Part shown: positions 1 to 12,144 of the stretch, piece after piece
How positions within the stretch are numbered: the stretch's first letter is position 1
How the letters are laid out: every line of letters starts with the position of its first letter
NCBI RefSeq assembly: GCF_001194135.2
Contig: NC_068985.1
Span: 33,715,195-33,779,194 of the forward strand
From: Octopus bimaculoides
Taxonomy: Eukaryota
Reading direction: 5' to 3'
DNA: 64,000 nt
The notes under the pieces: model-generated
The model's database searches: none
Seen by the model: only the letters and a program-made list of their open reading frames with translations
Told to the model about the DNA's origin: nothing
Translations under genes and position numbers: made by a program

Positions 1-762
1 ATTTTCATCTCTGTGTGTGTGTATATGTCTACATTACACTCCTGTACACACACACACATATATACATGTATGTTTCTACATATGTATGTATGCATATGAT
101 GTATAAGTACCTAAGTCAGTTAGCATTTCAAGATCCATTAAATCTTGACAAAATGGTGATAGTGGCAATAGACAGCAATGGATCATGGCAATTATGATGT
201 ATCTGATGAAATCATTGTTGCCACATACAAATTTGTTAACAGATAAATTTCAGATTTATCTACAATGGACTTTAAAACATTGCTGGTGCAAAGCAATTAT
301 ATGAAATTCATAATGAAATCTGAAGAATATTAAATAAAATACATTACCTAATAATAAAAATGGTGGCATCAGTTTGTATAAAAGAAAGCTAACACAAGAT
401 ACAAATATTCCACATGCACACACAGGCACACATATATATTTACATATGTCTGCTTGTGTGTGCATACATATATATATATATATATATATATGTTAATCCT
501 TATTGTATAGTGCTATAGCTCCATTTCAGCCAAATTCACCACTTGGTTGATTTAGGTCTAAAATATTGTATAGTATAAAATATTGTATAGTATAAAGAAT
601 GAGATACCCACATTATTGTGTGTGTATATGTATAGTTATGTTTACATATGTGTATGTACATAAATTTATGTACAAAATATGCATATGCATGTATATCTGC
701 ATGTATGTGTGTATGGCAATATATATGTATTATATATAATGCCTGTATATGCATATATTTCC

Positions 763-796
<34 letters not shown>

Positions 797-863
797 TGCA
801 CACTTTTACGTAATATAAACGTATGTGTACATGCAATATATATATGGATGTGTGTCTGTGTAA

Positions 864-894
<31 letters not shown>

Positions 895-1115
895 TAACAA
901 TTACTGTATGGAAGACACCTATTCGCAATTCAGTTTTTGAATGGTTAATATGTGTCTTCCAAGATCTAATTGTTTTAGTTTCAACACCCAGTTTCAGATC
1001 AAATCATATTCCCAGGCCAGTGCATCTCCAAAGTATATATACAAATGGCAGTGTCCCAGCATAGCCCTAGCTCTCAAGCTGAAACAAGTAAAAGAGTCTA
1101 TAAATATATATATAT

Positions 1116-1289
1116 AAAATGAAATGACAAAGGAATAAATGGTTATGTTATGAAGATCATTAGCTTACAGCTGTTTCCGTTATAAGATGCAGTGGACTCA
1201 TAGTTGAGTCCACTGCATCTTATAGCAGAAACTGTTGTAATCTGATGAAGTTCATAACATAACCATTTATTCCCTTGTCATTTCATTTT
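1116..1289. mobile_element. Fold-back element with a partial hammerhead motif, next to (TA)n
   Basis: Arms 1116-1200 and 1205-1289 are inverted repeats around a TAGT loop. The left arm has TTACAGCTGTTTC at 1165-1177, which reads GAAACAGCTGTAA on the minus strand. Confidence 0.6.
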
Positions 1290-1452
1290 CATATTACTGC
1301 TCTGTACTCAACTAATACTTTGTTCTGATGTATATGTATACTGAGTTCTATACCAGGTTATTGGGCTCACAATGCCTAAGTGAAATATATATATACATAC
1401 ATATATATTGATAGGTAGATAGATAGATAGGTAGATAGATACACACACACAC

Positions 1453-1496
<44 letters not shown>

Positions 1497-1613
1497 ATAA
1501 ACATATAGACATATGCATATATATATGTGTGTATATATATATATTTATGTATTTATATGCATACATATATATGTGTATTACATCTGTATTTTATATATGT
1601 ATGTATATATATA

Positions 1614-1662
<49 letters not shown>

Positions 1663-1708
1663 AGGAATAAAGTATGCAATTATAACATGCATTTTCTCCA
1701 TTCCTTAA

Positions 1709-1755
<47 letters not shown>

Positions 1756-2299
1756 TCTTTAGGAATCCTTATCACTGCACTACTATACAATCAGTTTGCT
1801 GTTGTAAAATATTATGTTGGAATATCCGTGTCAATACTTTCTCTGTGGACAAATGAACTTAGCATGTAATGCACAAAAGTAATACTTAATAAAAATTGAT
1901 TATGCACTGTAAGATGACTGACAGAAGTTAAGCACATATGATGGGGTTGGTTTAGCATGAAGAAAATGCTTATGTGGCTTAGAGTTGTTGTTGGTTGTAC
2001 AGATTTGTTGTAAACTTGACATGTATGACAATGTTAGTTGCATATATACTTAAAAATCATGCAACATAACAGCAGCTGATTGGTTGAGCGGGGCAGGTTT
2101 ATAGTGCATTAGCACTGTGCTTATGTCTGTGTGCTTGCCTAATGTTCTGTTATTCACCCTGTGGGATAGTTAACATGAGTAAACTTTTTTACCATATCTC
2201 TGCATTATTAGAAAGTGTTAGTACTTAGATGAAACTAGTGGAGGGAATTTAGAAATAAAAGAAGGATAATAGATTTATTGCCACCACAGCCTGCTTTAA

Positions 2300-2405
2300 C
2301 CTTTTAGCATTTAAAACCAGCCATATCTGGCCAAAATAATTTGCCTGTTTTGTCTTCAAACAGCCAGATCAGGCCTTTTGCTCTTCCCCTACAATACTAT
2401 CCTAA
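2300..2405. mobile_element. Partial piggyBac-type MITE end
   Basis: TTAA followed by CCTTTTAGCATTTAAA. Matches the reverse complement of the right end of the element at 27629-28198. Confidence 0.5.
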
Positions 2406-2602
2406 CAAAGCTACAATATAATACATGACAACAGAGAAATGATTGAATGGAACAACATTATTTGAGATTTTTTTATTATTATATGCTGCCAGTAAAGGAA
2501 CTCATTTTCTAGGGTGTGTATATATACATACATGTGGGTGTATTTATATGTACATATACACCCCACCACATTTGTATGTATATATATATATGTCTGAGCG
2601 TG

Positions 2603-2652
<50 letters not shown>

Positions 2653-3300
2653 TGTGTGAGTGTGCATGTGCATATGTATTTGTGTGTGTCATTCATTTTT
2701 ACATGAAATTTTCCATGCTAACATGAGTTAGGTGGTTACATATTTTGGGGGCATTGTTATTTGTACAAGATAACCTTTATGCCACATCCTTACATTTTCA
2801 TCACTCTCCACTTCTGTACATTTGAAGCACAGAGCTAGAGAGTGATTGTTTTGACTGAGAACGCCAACATACATCGCAGATTTTTGCTCAAAGCATTCAT
2901 GCAATGCGCAGAATATAGATATTCACACAGTCACACACACACACACTCACATATATCACATACATAAGCAGACGCTTATACATATGCATAAATATATATA
3001 CATATGTGTGTATATATATATATATTTATATATATATAAATAGATATATATACATTTGTATATATATTATATAAGCAAATACACAAACTGACGTGTGTGT
3101 GCATGTGTATAAATATACATACATACATATACAGACACAAATACACACACATGCACATTCACACACATATACATATATAAGCAAATTGAAAAATATGGCA
3201 ACATCATAATAGATATTCATATATGTATGTAGAATATAGATTAAGATGCAAAAGTGTTTAAACATCACAAGATGTTTGTGTATAAATTTAGTAATTTATG

Positions 3301-3347
<47 letters not shown>

Positions 3348-3454
3348 ACACACACATATATACGTACACACACACATATATACATACACACACACACACA
3401 CATATATATATACATATGTGAATGTGTATGTATGTATACATATATGTATATATA

Positions 3455-3507
<53 letters not shown>

Positions 3508-4609
3508 ACATACACACACATGCATTAATATGCACATATGTTCATATATGTGTGTGTGTATTTGTATATATATATATATATATTTCACTGAAAAATTATA
3601 TGTATATATTTACCAGACAAACTTATTCATATTTTTGCTTTTTTGTGCCATTTATCTTTAACAATCATATGTATTTTGCCCTAGTAGTAATAAGGTTTTT
3701 TAATTTTGTGCTCGATTAACTATTCAGTGAAGTCCTCTGTGAAAATATGGTCATTCTATCTACACCATATTGTGTACTACACTTTGACATATGATACAAG
3801 AACTAACAATGCATTAAAATTTTCATTTGTTTTTGTGTCACAAAAATTTTCATTTGTTTTTGGCTCACAGATGAAAATACTATCTTCATATAGGCCACTG
3901 TGTGTATATACGCATATGTATATATTTCATATATTTGTCTGGTAAACCACATATATACATATATATATATATATATCAAGAAGGAAAATATTAATATCAA
4001 TAATTATAATGATGGTTTCAACAAGCATATATTATTTTGCTGTGTATAAAAGTATAAATGCAAATGTGTATGAGTTAAAAATTTTGTTGTCTTTATATAT
4101 TTTCTTTACATGCTTTTTAATGCAAGAAAAAAAAAACAATCATAATAAATGGTACAGTGCTGCTAGAGAGCTGGGCTCTCTTAGTATTTATATATATTTT
4201 TGGTTTTTTGACTAAACTAATTTCAAAATATAAAAAAATAAAATCTTATAAGTGTAAAAGCAGTAAGTTTGTCATATTTAGAGGAAAAATTCAAAATAAA
4301 CAAGGAATAGATTAATCTATTTATATATCTCTTCTTTCACATTATTTCTGTACATCAGTAACATTGAATTGCAAAATAATATGAATGACTAACAAACATC
4401 TTGTTTATCCTTGAATTTAATTTTGGATAAAAGTATTAATAGAGATGTGAAATTGCTCATCTGTTTGAAGCAAAAGAAAAAACATGAAATTTGTTATCAA
4501 CTAACATTGTAAATAGTAGTGATTCTCTACTGATTTTCTGTCATAATACTTTTGTTTCACCTATTTCTTTTTTCTTGAACTATTTCAATCCATCTCTGTG
4601 TGTGTGTGT

Positions 4610-4661
<52 letters not shown>

Positions 4662-4769
4662 ATTATGCTTACACATTTTTATACAAGCACACACATACAT
4701 ATATATACCCTGTGAGTGTGTGAGTATAGATATGTATATGTATATATACTTGTGGGTGTGTGCACTTTT

Positions 4770-5099
4770 TCCAACCAGGTTCAATCTTGCTGCATGGCAC
4801 CTTGACCAAGGGTCTTCTACTATAGCCTTGAGCCAACCCAAGCCTTATGTGTGGATCTTCATGTGTGCGTCTTTGTGTCTATGTTTGTCCCCCACTACCA
4901 CTTGACAACTGGCATCAGTGTGTTTAAGTCCCTGTAACTTAGCATTTTGGCAAAAGAAACTGATAGAATAAGTACCAGGCTTTAAAAATAAAAAAAATTT
5001 TTAAATAGGGTCAATTTATTTGACTAAAATTCCCCAAGGCTGTCCTCCAACATGGTTACAGTCTAGTTACTAAAACAAGTAAAAGATGAATGATAAAAG
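4770..5099 (+). mobile_element. tRNA-derived SINE, family B (5'-truncated)
   Basis: Shares GGCACCTTG..CAAG.GTCTTCTACTATAGCC, CTTGACAAC..G..TCAGTGTGTTT and the AAACAAGTAAAAG tail with the copy at 37556-37970. Confidence 0.7.
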
Positions 5100-5139
5100 C
5101 ATCATTTTCATTTGACATCTGTCTTCTGATTTGAATGGT

Positions 5140-6120
5140 TTGAGAGGATTAGATGAGTTGGAGGACTGCTCCATGCTCCAATATCTACATCTGGATGCTG
5201 TTCCTAATACCAACCACTTTGCAGAGTGTACTGGTACCTTTTTGTGACATTAGTGAGGTCACCATGCAACTCATAAGACTTAAAAGTCCCTTGACTGGGT
5301 GGGATTATAGTAGAGAGGAAGGTGGCTTTTAGAAGATACATGAATGAGTTTGTGGTTATAGAGGCAATATAAGGCTGCCCTGCATCATATAAGGGTGAGT
5401 AGACAAAATTGGGATGGAGCTGAAAAGAGAGAGAGAAAGATGGTGGTGGTGGTGAGGTGTCAGAGTGTATCCTCAAGGTGAATAGAAGAGAATATGGGGA
5501 CAGAAGATCAGGATGGGGTAGGTAAAGTTTGCAAGAGCATGAGAGGGAGTGGTTAAAGATGGTTGTAAGGGTGAATGTAGTGAATGGTAAACAAGGATGA
5601 AAATGTGATTGGAGGTAAATATGAGTTGTGGGGAGAAAGGTGATTAAGAGGAGGATGTGTCCTGGTACATTCTTATAATAACATGACTAAGAAGGTGATT
5701 AGAAGAGAGCATGATGACAGAAGACTTAGAGAAAGTGAGTGAAGGTTGCAAGAGTGCAGGTCCACCCCTCCTTAGTCAAGCATCAATATTTAGAATGATA
5801 GAGCATGAAGAGGTAGCAGGATATGGGTGGTGGGAGGAGAAAGAATTTAGAATGCACAGGTTGGGTGACAAAGTACAATGTGCAGAAGTGATGAAGGGGA
5901 GATGAGAAGTTATGGGTATAAGATAGGTACAGAAGGAGTGAAAAATTCTGTATGCACAGATTGAATTCTTTCATCTCAATTATAGCTGGCTTGATATGGT
6001 GAATAGAAGAGATAATAGAGAAATGAGAGTGTATAGAATATGTACAATGGAGAGTGGAAGAAATGGTGAGGAGGTTTGAAGGTATAGAATAGGTCATATG
6101 CAACAGGAAAAGGTGCACCA
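5140..6120. mobile_element. Highly degenerate LINE-like purine-rich remnant
   Basis: Strong purine bias and broken reading frames. Similar in character to 23480-25130. No diagnostic motif confidently read. Confidence 0.3.
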
Positions 6121-6149
6121 CTATTTAGCAGGCTTTTTCACCAACTAGT

Positions 6150-6880
6150 GCTGGAGATCATCTGCACCACCACATAACACCAGTCACCATGGTCCTTTGT
6201 CATACCCCTTCATGAGATGAAGTATCTTAAGTTCAATTTTCACCACCTCATCCCAAGTTCTCCTTGGTTTCCTCTATTCCACAGGGACCATTCACTTTGA
6301 GCATTCAACATTTGCTTGTGCCTCTGTCATACTCTACTCACATCACATGCTCATACCAGTGCAGTTGCCTCTCTTGCACACTACATTCGATTCCTTTTAT
6401 ACCCTGTAGAGCATATTCTCTTCATTTCTTTCTTGACTTCATGCGTCTTCCACATTCGAAGTCCATGTCACATCACCACGCACCAGTGCACTTATCAAAC
6501 AAGCATCATACACTCTACTTTTGACTTTGAGGAGAAAATTCTTTACTGCCTATAGAGGTAATGGCTCCCTGAACTTTCTCCAACTCATTCTTATTCTGAC
6601 TTCCACACTTTTGGAGAACTGCCTCTACTGCTAATCTGATCACCTAAGTAACAAAAGTTATCGACTACTTCCATTTTGAACCATCTTAATACTTGAGGGA
6701 AACCATTAAACAGGTGCTTATTGCAGTTGTGCACCTGTTGCATACGAAATCTAACTTCCCTGATAACCTTCCTGTGGTCCCAGTTCTCCTCTTACTTGTC
6801 TATTGTTTACACTGGGCACATGTTACAGAATTTTTATTGACTCCTTTTCTGCAAACAAAGCATGGCCTTCAGTGATAATA
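6150..6880 (-). mobile_element. Degenerate RTE-clade LINE ORF2 3' fragment
   Basis: CCAGTGCAGTTGCCTCTCTTGCACAC near 6357 matches CCAGCGCAGTTGTCTCTCTTGCACAC in the RTE copy near 17510. Confidence 0.55.
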
Positions 6881-6924
6881 TATGAACATATATATATATA
6901 TATAATATATTTCATTTTTGTTAC

Positions 6925-7135
6925 ATTAAGTGGTGGATGGTTTCTGGTTCAGTCCCAGTGCACAACACCTTAGGAGAGAATCTTCTATAGCATCAAGCTA
7001 ATCAAAGCCTTGCTTATGAATTTGGTAGATGTGTACATATGTGTCTATTTACATTTGCACTTAATGAAAGTTGCAAGCTATGGGTCATGTTGTTGTCATA
7101 TCTTTTGAAAACAAATTATACACTTGGTTCAGCCT
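6925..7135 (+). mobile_element. SINE family B fragment
   Basis: GGTTCAGTCCCAGTGCACAACACCTTAGG...TCTTCTATAGC...AAAGCCTTG...GAATTTGGTAGA. Confidence 0.5.
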
Positions 7136-7359
7136 TCAAAGACATATGAAATAAGGGAACCCTAATACAGTTCTATATTTAAGACATGAGCAATTATGTA
7201 CATTATTTACATTTGACGGATATTTGTCCTCCTCTTGTTTGTTGTTAACACGTTCTGTCTGATATGCCCTCCAGCCTTCATCAGGTGTTTTGGGGAAATT
7301 TTGAACCTGGGTTCTCATTCCTAAGGTATTTTTCGATGTTATTATTATTATTATTATAT

Positions 7360-7440
7360 GCCCGTGGGTATATGGCATAGTGGTTAAGAGTGCAGGCTAC
7401 TAACCCCAAGATTCCGAGTTCGATTCCATGCAGTGACCTG
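7360..7440 (+). promoter_or_regulatory. tRNA-derived Pol III head (A and B boxes)
   Basis: A box TGGCATAGTGG at 7373-7383 and B box GAGTTCGATTCC at 7416-7427. GGCTACTAACCCCAAGATT resembles an anticodon-arm remnant. Confidence 0.75.
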
Positions 7441-7505
7441 AATAATAATAATAATAACATTGAAAAATACCTTAGGAATGTGAACCCAGGTTCGAAATTT
7501 CCCCA

Positions 7506-7552
7506 AGACACCTGATGAAGGCTGAAGGGCATATCAGCCGAAACATTGTGTT
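7506..7552 (+). ncRNA. Minimal type I hammerhead ribozyme motif
   Basis: Stem I GACAC/GTGTT, core CTGATGA (7512-7518) plus A, stem II GGCTG/CAGCC, GAAA (7540-7543), then CATT (probably CGTT before CpG decay, giving palindromic ACGT). Confidence 0.7.
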
Positions 7553-7720
7553 AACAACAAACAAGATGAGGACAAATATCCGTCAAATGTAAATAATGTA
7601 AGGGAATCCTTACTAGAAAAACCAGTAACGATTAGTGACAGAAGAAACATGAAAAACAATGCTTCAATAATATATTCATTTAAACCATATCAGCATGGAA
7701 AAATGGATATAAAACACATA

Positions 7721-7788
<68 letters not shown>

Positions 7789-8339
7789 ATATATATACAT
7801 GCTGTGTGTGTATAGATATATGTGTGTGTGTAGAGAGAGAGAGTTGTCTATGAGTCGGAAAAAACAGGCACTCATATATTTATCAAACAATAGAATGGGT
7901 ACATTTTCATATTATAGACCCATTCCAGCCAATTTTAATCAGTTTTGACATGAGAGTTTGGAATGACTAGTTCTCTACTCATTAGGACTGGTGGAAAAAG
8001 CATGCCTTGAGCTCTATGCCATTGGAGATCAGAAAGTGTCATCCGATTTGTGAGTGTTGTAAAAAGCTGGAATGAAAATTTATGGGAAAAGACACAGAGA
8101 AGAAACTTTTACTCATTAGATAAAGTGCCATCATAGTGTATAAGGTAAATGCCTGTAGAGTGGAATTCAAATGAAGGCAAGGGGAAGTGGGGATGGTGGA
8201 AGGCCAACCTTAAAATCATGTGTGGGCATATTTGTGTATGTAATAAATTGAGTATGGCAAACCTTATGTCAAACTCTCAAAGTGTGGTGAGGAGAAATAC
8301 CAATGGTGGAAACTCTGTCATATTCATGGTGTAGTCCCC

Positions 8340-9300
8340 CAGTATTCAAAAATATATCAGTGTTCATGAGGACATGATCAGGAAATCTCGTTTTTACTGT
8401 GTAAGTGGGTTTCCAGTTGAAAAGAGTTCTTTAGTATAATTCTTTTCTCTACCAAGCAGAGCCTGCACCTTCTACTGCTATTGAAGTATGATTTGCATCT
8501 CTCCAGTACTCACTACTTGATGCTGTAATCCATGGTACTTTCAACAACTACATGTGCTTCGCTGGGTTATGATATTTCACCTTTCCTGGATATAAAAAGA
8601 GGAATTGTGGTTGTTAAACCTGGTCATAAAGTGACCTATCACATCCACATATTTCTGCATATCCATCTGTCCAGTTGGATCCTTTGATATTGCCTCTGCT
8701 TCATATACAATAGTATGTTTGTTGCATTAATTGCTTAGTGGACATGTGGTGTTGTTTCTGCATGAGTACCCCACTTCTGTTTCAGATGTGAGCCTTCTTA
8801 TTAAAATTGTTGCACAGCTAAATGAAACTCTCAAGGTATGTCTATTAAATACTTTTCTGTGTCTATGTCAATTTAATTAAGAAAGATCCTATCTATACAA
8901 ATTTTTACATTCAAGAAATGTGGTGTCAGTCACAAAACTTTCCACTAGTATTTTCTCTTGGTGGGTTTAGGATTGGGCATGTAACAGATGTTATCCTTAA
9001 AATAAATCATTAGTGGCTAGGACCTCATTGTAGCATGGAGCAATGGTTTTGATAATTTCTTTACTTGAGGACAGGTTGAAGATTCTTCTACTGACCCCCT
9101 TAACCAGGTTCCTGAACATTATGGCTGGATGGCAGAAAGCTGTATTAACAAGTGTCAGCTTCTCATTTGGTTTCTTGAAGAGTTTATAAAGACTAGTATC
9201 TAAGCTTAAGGTCACTTCAAGGAAATCAGTTGTATTCAAGTTGGTTTCTATTATGACTTTCGGTCCAAGAGAATTCAATGTATGTAAGCCTATCAAATGT
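8340..9300 (-). mobile_element. Penelope-like element remnant (RT C-terminus plus GIY-YIG endonuclease)
   Basis: ORF 8997-9407 has TDFLEVTLSL...YKLFKKPNE...FCHP..F.NLVKGVSRRIFNLSSS. Downstream minus-strand frames give CPLSN*CNKHTIVYEA...TRFNNHNSSF and CRLCLVEK, typical of PLE endonucleases. Frameshifted. Confidence 0.75.
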
Positions 9301-9319
9301 GTGGTTGTTTGCCCCAAAT

Positions 9320-9530
9320 AGGTATGGACGTGGCTGGGATAGGCACAGGTATGGCTGTGATAGGTACAGGTGTGGTTGTGTGATGAAAAAATTTGCTTCC
9401 CAACCATATAGACTTGAGTTCAGTACCAGTGTATGGCATCTTGGGTAAGTGTCTTCTACTATAGCCCCAGGACAATGAAAGCCTTATGAGTAGATTTGAT
9501 AAACAGAAACTGAAAGAATCTCATCACATA

Positions 9531-9592
<62 letters not shown>

Positions 9593-9830
9593 TGCACACA
9601 TATAAATGTTTGTGTTTGTGTACTTTTGTCCTGACATCATGTGATGATTGTAAATAAACATCACTATCATTCAAGCAATGTTCTTTGTTTTCTGTCTTCT
9701 GTTGGAAACTATGATGTTGCTTGAAAACAAGTGAAGGTTAGCAATAGGAAAGGCATCTGGCTGTAGAAAATCAGCCTCAGCAAAGTCTGACTTTGCAAGC
9801 ATGGAAAAGTGGACATTAAATGATGAAGTG
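9320..9830 (+). mobile_element. SINE family B variant with RTE-like 3' tail
   Basis: tRNA-like head (GGTTGTGTGATGAAAAAATTTGCTTCCCAACC...GAGTTCAGTACC), internal (GT)n/(TA)n, and tail GGAAAGGCATCTGGCTGTAGAAA...GCATGGAAAAGTGGACATTAAATGATGA. Confidence 0.7.
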
Positions 9831-10365
9831 ATAATATTTATATATCTTGGAATGGGACAAACAACTGAGTGCAGATATTTTCATATGACTGTTTGGCAAT
9901 AGACAGTTTGATACTTTTGGCAGACTCATGCATTCCTGCAGCAGTAGCAGTAGCAGCAGCAATCAGTAACACAGAGAGAAAAAACATGAGAGACGAGGCA
10001 GACAGAAAGACAGGCAGAAATATAAAAATGAAATAATTAAAATATGAATTTATCTCCCTTTACATAACATAAATGCACAATGAAAGAATTTTGAAAAAAA
10101 AAAACTTTGTTTAGATTTTCATTTCATAATTTTGAGCATCTCTATAGTCTTTTCAGTTTCTACTGTGGTTCATGTGCAAGTAGTAGAAACCTATAGAGAT
10201 TTCTATATTGATTTCTATAGAGAAATTATATCAGTTTCTATATAGAAGTAAAAGATTTTCTCAGAATGGAAATGTCCCATTGCCAAAATATCCTAAACTA
10301 AAGATGTTCATTTCAGAATTGGCAGTAGCAAAACTTATACTTTATGCAAAGTCACAAATCTCAAA

Positions 10366-10610
10366 TCATCACCATCATCATCATCATCATTATCATCCTT
10401 TAAAATCCCTTTTCCATGCTGGTGAGGGTTGGACAGTTCAACAGGGTGTGGCAAGTTAGGGAACTGCGTCCTGTTCCACTGTCTACATTGGCATGGTTTC
10501 AACAGCTAGATGTCCTTCCTGATGCCAACCACTTTACAGGTTGTACTAGCTGACTATTTTCATGGTGTCAGCACTAATGAGGTTGCCTTGCAATTTGCAA
10601 GACTAAGATC
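10366..10610 (-). mobile_element. RTE-type 3' tail fragment ending in (GAT)n
   Basis: (CAT)n then CCCTTTTCCATGCTGG...CAGCTAGATGTCCTTCCTGATGCCAACCAC on the plus strand. Confidence 0.65.
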
Positions 10611-10805
10611 CTATAATGAAAGGAGGATAAAAGAGGTGTGATGAATCTAAGTAAGGTGAAGACAGAGAGTAAAGTATGATGTGAGGAACAGATGTATAGT
10701 TGTGAGAGGATGGTGGAGAAGAAGGTACCAGAGTAGGCATTATTGGGAAAAGAGGAAATGGAAGGGGTTTGTGCAAGAGGGTTGTAAGAAATGTATATAT
10801 ACATG

Positions 10806-10858
<53 letters not shown>

Positions 10859-10861
<3 letters not shown>

Positions 10862-11047
10862 CAGAGTTCACAAAAAAACAACAGACAAGGCAGGTGGTGT
10901 AGAAAACAAATAGATATATTAGTATAACACTCGGGAATTGAAAAAGTCTTTAACGTTTCAAGCCTACGCTCTTCCACGGAAAGGAACACAGAAGGAAACA
11001 AGGAGAGAAAAAAGTGTGTGTAGTGGTCAGCGATCTATCATGGCAAA
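10859..11047 (-). mobile_element. Short element within (TA)n carrying a hammerhead-like motif
   Basis: Minus strand 10983-10948 reads CTTT CCGTGGA A GAGC GTAG GCTT GAAACGTT AAAG. (TA)n on both sides. Confidence 0.5.
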
Positions 11048-11107
11048 TGTATATATATATATACAATTAGACCTTGGGAGAGGCATTATGCTGGTAATAG
11101 ACATACG

Positions 11108-11186
<79 letters not shown>

Positions 11187-11343
11187 TATATATGTATATA
11201 TATATATATATATACATACGCATACATATATATACACATACATATATATATATATACATACATGTATATTCATATATATATATATGTAAATATATATATA
11301 TATATGTAAATATATATATATATATGTAAATATATATATATAT

Positions 11344-12124
11344 NNNNNNNNNNNNNNNNNNNNNNNNNNNNNNNNNNNNNNNNNNNNNNNNNNNNNNNNN
11401 NNNNNNNNNNNNNNNNNNNNNNNNNNNNNNNNNNNNNNNNNNNNNNNNNNNNNNNNNNNNNNNNNNNNNNNNNNNNNNNNNNNNNNNNNNNNNNNNNNNN
11501 NNNNNNNNNNNNNNNNNNNNNNNNNNNNNNNNNNNNNNNNNNNNNNNNNNNNNNNNNNNNNNNNNNNNNNNNNNNNNNNNNNNNNNNNNNNNNNNNNNNN
11601 NNNNNNNNNNNNNNNNNNNNNNNNNNNNNNNNNNNNNNNNNNNNNNNNNNNNNNNNNNNNNNNNNNNNNNNNNNNNNNNNNNNNNNNNNNNNNNNNNNNN
11701 NNNNNNNNNNNNNNNNNNNNNNNNNNNNNNNNNNNNNNNNNNNNNNNNNNNNNNNNNNNNNNNNNNNNNNNNNNNNNNNNNNNNNNNNNNNNNNNNNNNN
11801 NNNNNNNNNNNNNNNNNNNNNNNNNNNNNNNNNNNNNNNNNNNNNNNNNNNNNNNNNNNNNNNNNNNNNNNNNNNNNNNNNNNNNNNNNNNNNNNNNNNN
11901 NNNNNNNNNNNNNNNNNNNNNNNNNNNNNNNNNNNNNNNNNNNNNNNNNNNNNNNNNNNNNNNNNNNNNNNNNNNNNNNNNNNNNNNNNNNNNNNNNNNN
12001 NNNNNNNNNNNNNNNNNNNNNNNNNNNNNNNNNNNNNNNNNNNNNNNNNNNNNNNNNNNNNNNNNNNNNNNNNNNNNNNNNNNNNNNNNNNNNNNNNNNN
12101 NNNNNNNNNNNNNNNNNNNNNNNN
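11344..12124. other. Assembly gap
   Basis: Run of N flanked by (TA)n. Further gaps at 12528-12537, 15280-15695, 16494-16679, 21162-21445 and 29066-29272. Confidence 1.
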
Positions 12125-12144
12125 ATATATATATATATATATAC

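Larger units (their letters stand above)
7168..7600 (+). mobile_element. tRNA-headed, hammerhead-bearing element with an inverted 5' copy of its own body (Penelope-type non-autonomous candidate)
   Basis: Inverted arms about 7196-7356 and 7441-7600 flank a tRNA-like segment at 7360-7440. Each arm contains a hammerhead core. Flanking imperfect direct repeats TAAGGGAACCCTAATA (7152-7167) and TAAGGGAATCCTTACTA (7599-7615). Confidence 0.8.

Noticed and set aside
2790-2915. Minus-strand exon candidate (...SLALCFKCTEVESDEN with donor GTAAGG)
   Set aside because: Short, no recognisable homology, and no in-phase neighbouring exons. Similar candidates at 111-319 and 1750-1870 were equally unsupported.
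1348-3719. Many ORFs rich in YI, TH or CV repeats (also 21716-22187, 39138-39553 and poly-N/poly-I/poly-L ORFs)
   Set aside because: They are translations of (TA)n, (CA)n and (ATT)n microsatellites.
7360-7440. Functional tRNA gene
   Set aside because: No convincing acceptor stem and no oligo-T terminator, and it runs straight into (AAT)n and a repeat body. Treated as a SINE-type head.
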